NCBI GenBank assembly: GCA_049431025.1
Contig: JBMTCP010000002.1
Location: 33,323 to 97,322 of the forward strand
Source of the DNA: Bacteroidia bacterium
GTDB taxonomy: Bacteria > Bacteroidota > Bacteroidia > UBA7662
Direction: 5' to 3'
Length of the DNA: 64,000 bases
Shown: one piece after another, positions 1-7,955 of the stretch
Layout: each line of letters begins with the position of its first letter
Numbering within the stretch: position 1 is the stretch's first letter
Notes under the pieces: generated by a model
Database searches by the model: none
Seen by the model: only the letters and a program-made list of their open reading frames with translations
What the model was told of the DNA's origin: nothing
Translations under genes and position numbers: made by a program

Positions 1-1
1 T

Positions 2-2548
2 CGATGGGCTTTCTCGCAAAATTCTTCTTGGTCCACTTCGGCCATTGATGCTACGATTAAACCAGCTACGGTCTGGGATCCAACCCGCTACTTGAACATT
101 TGGGTGGTGAATATTTCGGGGGGTATTTTGGGCTACGCCCAATTTCCGGTTTCATCAGGCCTCGCAGGTTTAACCAACAGCGGTGCCGCCAATACAGATG
201 GGGTTGTGTTGTTGTACAGCTCGGTAGGTCGTCCACCGGCCAATCCTTTTAGCAGTGTGTACAATCGCGGCCGTACCGCCACCCATGAGGTTGGGCATTG
301 GCTCGGCCTGCGTCATATTTGGGGGGATGGCTCTTCGTGCACCGCAACGGATTATTGCGCGGATACCCCCCCTTCCGATGCGGCCAATTTTGGCTGTGCC
401 ACTACCCATTCTTCGTGTTCCGGTCCGGATATGGTTCAGAACTATATGGATTATTCCGATGATTTGTGCATGAATTTATTTACCCTCAACCAGGTCCAAA
501 GAATGTGGACGGTTTTGGCCAATAGCCCTCGCCGAGCCAGCCTATTGACGGCCAATTCCTGCCAACCGGTTTCCATAACACCCGGTCCCCTGACCGCCGC
601 TTTTGGAGTCAGCGATTCGGTAGCAGATTTTGGAGGATCTGTGGATACCGTTGTTTTGAGTGATCAATCCATCGGGGTTCCTTCGTCCAGGTTGTGGACC
701 TTGACCCCATCGACCGGATGGTCCTTTGCACCCGGTTCATCGGCCACCGATGCCCAACCCCGTTTGACCTTTTCCGTGGCCGGCCTTTACCAGGTCAAAT
801 TGAGGGTCACCAACAGTTTTGGTTCCGATTCCTTGACCCGAAGTGCCTGTATACGCGCCAGAGCAGCAGCTTGTCTTTCGGGAGCTACGGATCCGGTTGA
901 TACACGAATCGCCTCCTGGACCTTGGCAGGTACTACCTACGCCTCGCCTACCGGGACTGGTAATTGCGCTACCTACACGGATCGAACCAATTTGGCACCC
1001 TTTCAGGTCAATCTGGGTCAGACCTATTCAGCTACTTTGGTGAAAGGAACCTGCGGTTCCAATTATGCCGCTTATGCCAAAGTTTACCTTGACTTCAACC
1101 GGAATTTCGTTTTTGAAGGAAATGAAATGATTATGAGCGGTTCGTTGACCAATGCCGCATCAGCTTCCTTAACCTCTTCCAATATAACAATCCCATCAGG
1201 TCAGGCTTCGGCAGGCCTTTGCCTGCTCCGGGTTGTTCTCCATGAAGGGGGTAGCGCTACCCAAACACAAGCCTGCGGTACCTACCAGTGGGGAGAAACC
1301 CAGGATTATTTGGTTCAAATTAACAACCCATTAGCCTTGCCATTAACCGGTTTGGTTACTTACAACAATGTTTCGTCGACGCCGTTGCCTTTGGTTACGG
1401 TTCGTTTGTTATCGTACCCCGCGATGGTTCAGGAATCTTCGGTCGTCACCAATGCGCAGGGTTCGTATAGCCTTGGTGGTTATACCAACGGAACCAAAAC
1501 CTTGACCCTACAAACGGGACGAACTTGGGGTGGAGTGAATGCTACCGATGCCCTCTTAGCGAATTTACATTTTTCCAATACCCAACCGTTGAGTGGTTTG
1601 CGACTTAGGGCAGCCGATGTCAACGCCTCGGGAACCGTCAATGCATCGGATGCTTTGGTGATTAGCCGTCGATACGCTAATGTTATAAGTTCTTTTCCTT
1701 CGGGGGATTGGGTTTTTGATACCGCCATCGTGAATTTGACGGGTTTGGCCCAATCAAGAAACCTGCAAGGATTATGTTACGGGGATGTTAACGGATCTCT
1801 TATTCCTGGGGCTGCACGTTGGGGCTCCACCACGATGCCCTTGGAAGAAACAAACGAGTCCGCATGGAATTCCAGTATCAATAACTATGGATTGGATAAT
1901 GTTATGGAGGTGTATTCGACCTATAGCGGTTCCGTGGGTGCCTTGTCCTTGGATATAAATTGGCCCGAATTCCTGGGTGAACCGCGTGTTCAATTTTTGT
2001 TGGGTGCTCAAGAGCCGGTTGTGGCTTGGCGTAACGGAAGGTTGCGTTTGGCTTGGAATGACCCCCTGGGAGTTCATATCACCGAGGGTATGCCCATCAT
2101 GAAAATACTTCACCGGTGCCAAAGGTTGTTGACTTCATGGACTTGGGAAACGGGCCCCGGCTCGGAATGGGCTGATCCGTGGGGGCAGCCAATACCAAAA
2201 GCCGGATTGAGGTTACCTTCCCCTTGGCGGTTCGATGGGAATAACAATGCCCGGAGCATGAAGATTTGGCCTAATCCAGCCCGTGACTTTTTTGGAATTG
2301 AATTGGACCCCGAGCTCCTAGAGGCTTACCAAACCCAAAGTCAACGCGACGAATGGACTTGGGTACTCCGCGATCCAACGGGTCGGGTGGTTGTTCGCCA
2401 AAGGTGGGATTCCGGTGAAATCAACGGATTAACTTATGCCCTCAAGCCCGGACCGCTTGCCGGGGGCCTTTATACGGTTGAGTTGCATGGCAAAGGACGT
2501 AACCTCGCGCCCCAAGGTCTTCGGGTTTTTTTGGATAGGAATCGTTAA
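2..2548 (+). CDS. M43 (pappalysin/cytophagalysin-like) zinc metalloprotease, multidomain T9SS cargo; 5' end cut by window edge
   Basis: The frame is open from base 2, with no stop upstream of the TTG listed at 92. HEVGHWLGLRH is an HExxHxxGxxH zinc site and NYMDY is the Met-turn. Further domains: PKD-like segment (LYQVKLRVTNSFGSDS), GEVED-like WGETQDY, dockerin-like DVNASGTVNASDAL, and a C-terminal KIWPNPARDFF...LYTVEL T9SS sorting domain. Confidence 0.85.
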   Translation, partial: RWAFSQNSSWSTSAIDATIKPATVWDPTRYLNIWVVNISGGILGYAQFPVSSGLAGLTNSGAANTDGVVLLYSSVGRPPANPFSSVYNRGRTATHEVGHWLGLRHIWGDGSSCTATDYCADTPPSDAANFGCATTHSSCSGPDMVQNYMDYSDDLCMNLFTLNQVQRMWTVLANSPRRASLLTANSCQPVSITPGPLTAAFGVSDSVADFGGSVDTVVLSDQSIGVPSSRLWTLTPSTGWSFAPGSSATDAQPRLTFSVAGLYQVKLRVTNSFGSDSLTRSACIRARAAACLSGATDPVDTRIASWTLAGTTYASPTGTGNCATYTDRTNLAPFQVNLGQTYSATLVKGTCGSNYAAYAKVYLDFNRNFVFEGNEMIMSGSLTNAASASLTSSNITIPSGQASAGLCLLRVVLHEGGSATQTQACGTYQWGETQDYLVQINNPLALPLTGLVTYNNVSSTPLPLVTVRLLSYPAMVQESSVVTNAQGSYSLGGYTNGTKTLTLQTGRTWGGVNATDALLANLHFSNTQPLSGLRLRAADVNASGTVNASDALVISRRYANVISSFPSGDWVFDTAIVNLTGLAQSRNLQGLCYGDVNGSLIPGAARWGSTTMPLEETNESAWNSSINNYGLDNVMEVYSTYSGSVGALSLDINWPEFLGEPRVQFLLGAQEPVVAWRNGRLRLAWNDPLGVHITEGMPIMKILHRCQRLLTSWTWETGPGSEWADPWGQPIPKAGLRLPSPWRFDGNNNARSMKIWPNPARDFFGIELDPELLEAYQTQSQRDEWTWVLRDPTGRVVVRQRWDSGEINGLTYALKPGPLAGGLYTVELHGKGRNLAPQGLRVFLDRNR

Positions 2549-2560
2549 CCTTCGTAGAAC

Positions 2561-3352
2561 ATGGTAGAACCTACCTTTTGGTGGGAGGCTTTACCCCAGG
2601 TTTTGGGAAGAATTGGGGGCCGTTACCTCCTCATGGCCAGTTTGGCCTACGGTATTTTTTATGTTTGGAAGCGTAAGGCCTGGTTTAACCGAAAGATCCA
2701 ACCGCGATTTCCGGGTTCAGTAGATTTGAGACGAGAGATTTATTACTCCTTTGGAACGATTTTAATTTTTGCCGCTGTGGTGACCGCTGTCCTGTATCAT
2801 CCTCAGCTCCGGACCTGGACCCGGTTAATGGAAAGGCCAGACCAACGAGGTTGGTTCTATTACTTTGCGATGTTTCCAGTTCTCTTGTTTTTGCACGACA
2901 CCTATTTTTATTGGGCTCACCGCTTTATGCACTTGCCTTTTTTTTACCGAAAGGTTCATCAAATCCATCATCGCTCGACCAATCCTACTCCATGGGCTGC
3001 CTATGCATTTCACCCTTGGGAGGCCTTGGTGGAAGTCGGTATTCTGCCTTTGTTTGTTTGGTGTTTACCCTTGCACAAGTCGCATATCCTGATCTTTTTT
3101 TTGTTTATGATTGTTTACAACGTCTACGGCCATTTGGGCTTTGAATTGTATACATCAAGATTTGCCCGTTCTCGATGGGGATCCTGGATCAATACTTCCC
3201 GGCATCATAACGCCCATCATGCCCGTTTTCAGGGTAATTATGGCCTGTATTTTTTGGTATGGGATCGTTGGATGGGTACGTTAAAAGAGGTGTCTTGGCC
3301 GGAATCGAAGGCCCAAAAAGCAAAAACCCCGCCTCAGGGAGGCGGGGCTTAA
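2561..3352 (+). CDS. Fatty acid hydroxylase / sterol desaturase family membrane protein
   Basis: 263 aa with several hydrophobic segments. Histidine boxes HRFMH, HQIHH and HHNAHH are typical of di-iron membrane hydroxylases/desaturases. Confidence 0.8.
   Translation: MVEPTFWWEALPQVLGRIGGRYLLMASLAYGIFYVWKRKAWFNRKIQPRFPGSVDLRREIYYSFGTILIFAAVVTAVLYHPQLRTWTRLMERPDQRGWFYYFAMFPVLLFLHDTYFYWAHRFMHLPFFYRKVHQIHHRSTNPTPWAAYAFHPWEALVEVGILPLFVWCLPLHKSHILIFFLFMIVYNVYGHLGFELYTSRFARSRWGSWINTSRHHNAHHARFQGNYGLYFLVWDRWMGTLKEVSWPESKAQKAKTPPQGGGA
3316..3347 (-). terminator. Rho-independent terminator for tRNA-Asp, embedded in the last codons of the convergent desaturase gene
   Basis: 9-bp GC-rich stem CCCCGCCTC/GAGGCGGGG (3327-3335 / 3339-3347) with a 3-nt loop. 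On the minus strand it is followed by TTTTTGCTTTTT. It starts 6 nt after the tRNA 3' end. Confidence 0.55.
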
Positions 3353-3353
3353 G

Positions 3354-3427
3354 CGGTCCGGACGGGACTCGAACCCGCGACCCCATGCGTGACAGGCATG
3401 TATTCTAACCAACTGAACTACCGAACC
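3354..3427 (-). tRNA. tRNA-Asp (anticodon GTC)
   Basis: The reverse complement reads GGTTCGGTAGTTCAGTTGGTTAGAATACATGCCTGTCACGCATGGGGTCGCGGGTTCGAGTCCCGTCCGGACCG. It has a 7-bp acceptor stem, a D-loop AGTTGGTTAG, an anticodon loop CTGTCAC and a T-arm GGGTTCGAGTCCC. CCA is not encoded. Confidence 0.9.
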
Positions 3428-3452
3428 GGGTTAAGCGATGCTTAACGTGGCG

Positions 3453-3460
3453 CAAATATA
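3453..3460 (-). promoter_or_regulatory. Bacteroidota-type -7 promoter box (TATATTTG) upstream of tRNA-Asp
   Basis: Exact match to TAnnTTTG on the minus strand, about 26 nt upstream of the mature tRNA 5' end. Confidence 0.35.
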
Positions 3461-3480
3461 AGGAAAGAGGAATAGAATGC

Positions 3481-3488
3481 TACATTTG
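3481..3488 (+). promoter_or_regulatory. Bacteroidota-type -7 promoter box (TACATTTG) upstream of typA
   Basis: Exact match to TAnnTTTG, 26 nt before the typA ATG at 3514. Confidence 0.35.
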
Positions 3489-3513
3489 CGGCGCCTTTAA
3501 GGCTTGAACTTTT

Positions 3514-5322
3514 ATGACCCACCCCCTAGACTCCGCTTTACGCAACATTGCCATCATCGCTCACGTTGACCATGGCAAAACCACCATGGTTGACAAAATC
3601 ATGCAATTCACTCGATTATTCAAACCCCATCAGGAAGTGGGGGAATTGGTATTGGACAACAACGATTTGGAAAGGGAGAGGGGGATTACCATCTTTTCCA
3701 AGAACGTTTCGGTGGAATACAAAGGCGTTAAAATCAATATCATTGATACCCCGGGTCACTCCGATTTTGGGGGTGAGGTTGAGCGGGTGCTCAAAATGGC
3801 CGATGGCGTCTTGTTGCTCGTGGATGCTTTTGAAGGCCCCATGCCTCAAACCCGTTTTGTACTTAGCAAGGCCCTGGAATTGGGATTGCATCCGATTGTA
3901 GTCATCAATAAGGTAGACAAAGAAAATTGTCGCCCGGACGAGGTTCACGATGCCGTTTTTGAGCTCTTTTTTAATCTTGGTGCGAACGAGCAGCAATTGG
4001 ATTTCCCTACCGTTTACGGTTCATCCAAGCAAGGTTGGATGGGCAACGATTGGAAAGAGGTAGGCCAGGATTTTGCGCCCTTGATGGACGCTATTCTCAC
4101 CCATGTTCCTGCCCCGCTGCCCCGTCCAGGGACCCTGCAAATGCAGATTACTTCGTTGGATTACTCTTCTTTTGTTGGCCGTATCGCCATTGGAAGAGTT
4201 CACCGTGGCGCAATCCGGGAAGGTCAGGCCCTGCTCTTGTTGACGGCTGAAGGTCAAACCAAGCGTGGCAAAGTCAAAGAATTGTATGTTTTTGAAGGAT
4301 TGGGACGTCGCAAGGTAGAGCGGGTCGAAGCCGGTGACCTTTGTGCCGTAGTGGGTTTGGAAGATTTTCAAATCGGGGATACCCTTTGCGATGTGGAGGC
4401 ACCTGAAGCCTTACCGGCCATTAAGGTGGATGAGCCAACGTTGAGTATGCTCTTTACCATTAACAATTCTCCGTTTTTCGGTCAAGAAGGCAAAATGGTA
4501 ACCTCCAGGCATTTGAGAGATAGACTTTATAAGGAAACTGAAAAGAACCTCGCCCTAAGGGTCGAAGACACGGATTCGCCGGATTCGTACTTGGTTTATG
4601 GTCGGGGTATCCTCCATTTGTCTATCTTGATTGAAACGATGCGCCGTGAGGGTTACGAATTGCAGGTGGGGCAGCCTACCGTCGTGATCCGTCAAGTGGA
4701 TGGAGCCAAGCACGAGCCCTTTGAGCAGCTGGTGGTGGATGTGCCCGAAGAATTTTCCGGAAAAATTATTGAGGTGGTGACGATGCGTCGGGGTGAAATG
4801 ATGGTCATGGAGCCCAAGGGAGACTGGATTCACCTAGAATTTGAATTACCGGCCCGTGCCTTGATGGGATTGCGATCTCAAATGCTTACCCTTTCCCAGG
4901 GAGAGGCGATTTCTGCGCACCGGTTTTTGGAATTCCGCCCCTGGAAGGGGGTGATTCCAGGTCGTATCAACGGCTCCTTGGTTTCGATGGAAACTGGTCC
5001 AGCGACAGCTTACAGTTTGGATAAATTGCAAGACCGTGGGGTGTTTTTTGTGGAATCCGGTGAGAATTTGTACGAAGGCATGGTGGTGGGGGAGCATATT
5101 CGCCCCGGTGATTTGGTGGTGAATTTGGTCAAGGGCAAGCAACTAACCAATATGCGTGCAGCTGGTAAGGACGATAATACCCGAATTGCCCCTCCCAAAC
5201 GGTTTTCATTGGAAGAAGCCATGGAATACATCCAAGAAGACGAGTGGATAGAAATTACCCCTAAATCCATGAGGATGCGCAAAATTCACCTCAAAGAGCA
5301 CGATCGCAAGCGCAAAGGCTAA
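3514..5322 (+). CDS. typA: Translational GTPase TypA/BipA
   Basis: 602 aa. G1 AHVDHGKTT, G3 DTPGH, G4 NKVD. EF-G-like domain order with a BipA-type C-terminal domain. Confidence 0.95.
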   Translation: MTHPLDSALRNIAIIAHVDHGKTTMVDKIMQFTRLFKPHQEVGELVLDNNDLERERGITIFSKNVSVEYKGVKINIIDTPGHSDFGGEVERVLKMADGVLLLVDAFEGPMPQTRFVLSKALELGLHPIVVINKVDKENCRPDEVHDAVFELFFNLGANEQQLDFPTVYGSSKQGWMGNDWKEVGQDFAPLMDAILTHVPAPLPRPGTLQMQITSLDYSSFVGRIAIGRVHRGAIREGQALLLLTAEGQTKRGKVKELYVFEGLGRRKVERVEAGDLCAVVGLEDFQIGDTLCDVEAPEALPAIKVDEPTLSMLFTINNSPFFGQEGKMVTSRHLRDRLYKETEKNLALRVEDTDSPDSYLVYGRGILHLSILIETMRREGYELQVGQPTVVIRQVDGAKHEPFEQLVVDVPEEFSGKIIEVVTMRRGEMMVMEPKGDWIHLEFELPARALMGLRSQMLTLSQGEAISAHRFLEFRPWKGVIPGRINGSLVSMETGPATAYSLDKLQDRGVFFVESGENLYEGMVVGEHIRPGDLVVNLVKGKQLTNMRAAGKDDNTRIAPPKRFSLEEAMEYIQEDEWIEITPKSMRMRKIHLKEHDRKRKG

Positions 5323-5996
5323 AGGCTTAGCCTGCGTTGCACCATTTCCAAAGCCCATTTAAGTTGGTCATGGCGGCTCAAATCGCTGTTGTCCAGGTCA
5401 ACGGCATCCTCGGCTCTGCGGAGCGGCGCGAATTCTCGGTTGGAGTCGATGAAGTCTCTTTCGGCCTGGTTTTGAAGAATTTCTTCCAGGGTCCAGCTGG
5501 AATCACCGGCGGCAACGAGTTCGGCTTGCCTTCGGGCTGCCCGAATTTCGGGCCTGGCGCTAACAAAAATTTTGAGATCAGCGTTGGGGAAAACATGGGT
5601 CCCTATATCCCGTCCATCCATGGTGAGGCCTTGACCATCATCGTAGCCACGTTGAAGGGCCACCATGGCCTTGCGAACCGAAGGCAGCGCCGAAACGGGA
5701 CTAACCGCGGTGTTGACCGCCTTTGAACGAAGTTCGGTGGTTAATTCTATATGATTGACCAGTAGTTTATTAAGTCCATTTACTGAACGAAACTGTAGAT
5801 TCAATTCGTTCAAAAGGCGATCCAATTCCGGGGATTCGTTCGGGGAGAGGCCTTCCTTTAACATGAGGTAAGTTACCGCTCGGTACATGGCCCCTGAATC
5901 AATGTACCGGTAACCCAAGGCCAGGGCCAAATCCCGAGCCAAGGTGCTTTTGCCGCAAGAGGCAAAACCATCAACTGCAACGACAAGGGCTTTCAC
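5319..5996 (-). CDS. cmk: Cytidylate kinase
   Basis: 225 aa. P-loop DGFASCGKST followed by YIDSGAMYRAVT, the typical Cmk N-terminus. Confidence 0.9.
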   Translation of the reverse strand: MKALVVAVDGFASCGKSTLARDLALALGYRYIDSGAMYRAVTYLMLKEGLSPNESPELDRLLNELNLQFRSVNGLNKLLVNHIELTTELRSKAVNTAVSPVSALPSVRKAMVALQRGYDDGQGLTMDGRDIGTHVFPNADLKIFVSARPEIRAARRQAELVAAGDSSWTLEEILQNQAERDFIDSNREFAPLRRAEDAVDLDNSDLSRHDQLKWALEMVQRRLSL

Positions 5997-6011
5997 CCTG
6001 CAATATTAGCG

Positions 6012-6019
6012 TACCTTTG
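6012..6019 (+). promoter_or_regulatory. Bacteroidota-type -7 promoter box (TACCTTTG) immediately upstream of the DEAD-box helicase gene
   Basis: Exact TAnnTTTG match ending 7 nt before the ATG at 6027. This implies a very short leader. Confidence 0.3.
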
Positions 6020-6026
6020 GCCCCTC

Positions 6027-7739
6027 ATGAATGAAAATCGACCGGGCTTTGCCGACCTGGGCCTTGATCCAGGTTTGTTGCTTGGAGTACAGGACCTCGG
6101 ATTCGAGCAGCCCACGCCTATACAGGCCCAGACCATCCCCATCCTTCTTTCGGGTGACCACGACTTGTTTGGCTTAGCCCAGACCGGTTCCGGCAAAACC
6201 GCCGCCTTTGGCTTACCCCTTTTGCAACATTTGGATTTACAAAACCGGGGTATTCAGGCCTTGGTGCTCAGTCCAACCCGAGAACTCTGCGTTCAGATTA
6301 CCTCCGATCTCGAGAAATTTGCCGCCCGTACCGAAGGGGTGCGCATTTTGGCGGTCTATGGCGGGGCAGGGATACAGGCCCAGATCAGCCGACTCCGTTC
6401 AGGCGTTCAGGTGGTGGTTGCGACGCCCGGTCGCCTCATGGATCTCATGGAACGCAAAGCCTTGGATTTGAGTGTTGTGCAAACCCTGGTTTTGGACGAG
6501 GCGGACGAAATGTTGGACATGGGATTCCGTGATGACCTTGATTTTATTCTCACCCATGCGGCAAGCCGCCGCAGGACCTGGTTGTTCTCAGCCACCATGC
6601 CTGCTGAAATCAAGAAGATGGCGGATCGGTTCCTCAAGGACCCTCAGACCCTTCGTTCGGATTCGGAATCGGCGGCTCCTTCACGCCTGGAGCACTGGTC
6701 TTACCAAGTTCCCTTTGCCCGCAAATACGAGGCCCTCAAACGCCTAATCGATGCTCATCCTGAAATGTATGGGATTGTTTTCACCAGGACCAAGGCCGAA
6801 GCCCAGGAATTAACCGAAAAACTCATTCGGGAGGGTTACGATTTGGAAGCCCTCCACGGGGATCTTTCCCAAGCCCAAAGGGACAAGGTAATGGCACGTT
6901 TTAGGGAGCGTTCCCTTCAGTTAATGGTGGCTACCGATGTAGCGGCCCGAGGTATTGATGTCCGTGATATTACTCACGTCGTGCACTACTCAATTCCGGA
7001 AGATTCGGAAGTCTATACGCACCGCAGCGGACGCACGGCTCGTGCCGGTAAGGCTGGTGTTTCGATGGTGATTTTAGGTCCCAAGGATACTTTTCGGTTG
7101 AAGCAAATTGAAAAGCAAGCCAAAGTCCGTTTTCAGGTGGGTACCATCCCTTCGGGCTCGGCCATTGCCGAGGTTAAGTTGCGCCACTTCTTTGGCAAGA
7201 TTGCCGGAGCTGAACCCCGCATGGAACGCATTGGAGATCTGCTTCAAAGTTTGCAGCCCATGCTGGACGGGATGGACCGGGATACCTTGATTCAAAAGTT
7301 GGTGTGGATGGAATTTGAGCGTCTTTTCCGCTACTATGCTCTCCAAAATGATGCGGATATGCAGGGTCGTGCGGGGACAGGGGATGCACCTGCTGGCCGA
7401 AACCGTCCGGACCGGGAAGAGCTTCCGGGTATGCAGGTTAATTTAGGAACCCGGGATGGTTTTTACAAAGCCAGCATGTTGCAGTTTTTATTGGACCATT
7501 CGGGGCTACAAAAGTCCGATTTGGGTAAAATAATTTTGGGCGACTCGTGGACCACCGTGGAGGCCGAGCAAGAAGCGTTAGACCAGTTGAAGTCCACGTT
7601 TGATGGCGCCAGGTTTCGGGGTAGGGCCATCAAGGTAACGGCCCATCAAGGGGGTAGGAACAACGACCGTCCGGCCTATGCAGGTCCTCGGAACGGAAGT
7701 AAAGGCCGCCCGTCTTTTAAACGAGAGTATAATCGTTAA
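6027..7739 (+). CDS. DEAD-box ATP-dependent RNA helicase with C-terminal DbpA-like RNA-binding domain
   Basis: Motif I AQTGSGKT, motif II VLDEADEM, SAT, motif VI HRSGRTARAG. The C-terminal segment (MQVNLGTRDGF...RGRAIKVT) looks DbpA-like. Confidence 0.9.
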   Translation: MNENRPGFADLGLDPGLLLGVQDLGFEQPTPIQAQTIPILLSGDHDLFGLAQTGSGKTAAFGLPLLQHLDLQNRGIQALVLSPTRELCVQITSDLEKFAARTEGVRILAVYGGAGIQAQISRLRSGVQVVVATPGRLMDLMERKALDLSVVQTLVLDEADEMLDMGFRDDLDFILTHAASRRRTWLFSATMPAEIKKMADRFLKDPQTLRSDSESAAPSRLEHWSYQVPFARKYEALKRLIDAHPEMYGIVFTRTKAEAQELTEKLIREGYDLEALHGDLSQAQRDKVMARFRERSLQLMVATDVAARGIDVRDITHVVHYSIPEDSEVYTHRSGRTARAGKAGVSMVILGPKDTFRLKQIEKQAKVRFQVGTIPSGSAIAEVKLRHFFGKIAGAEPRMERIGDLLQSLQPMLDGMDRDTLIQKLVWMEFERLFRYYALQNDADMQGRAGTGDAPAGRNRPDREELPGMQVNLGTRDGFYKASMLQFLLDHSGLQKSDLGKIILGDSWTTVEAEQEALDQLKSTFDGARFRGRAIKVTAHQGGRNNDRPAYAGPRNGSKGRPSFKREYNR

Positions 7740-7955
7740 CGATAATTTAACGTACTGAAATAGAGCATAATAGAAACAAGTTGTAAAAAGCAAGTTTTTT
7801 AGCGACTTTTTTTTTACACGGCAATCCCCAAAATTTTCTCTTCGTATTCAAGTATTTAGGTTATTCGACCTTTTTTTTGGTCGATAGGGTTTTGAAATAG
7901 AAGCCGGATTTAAGAAATTCGTTCAACCTTTGAGCGACATCACACGAAGCGAAAT

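Noticed and set aside
3354-3427. tRNA-Asp as an integration site for a genomic island
   Set aside because: There is no integrase, no excisionase, and no repeat of the tRNA 3' half that I could spot nearby. The flanking genes are ordinary (desaturase, typA).
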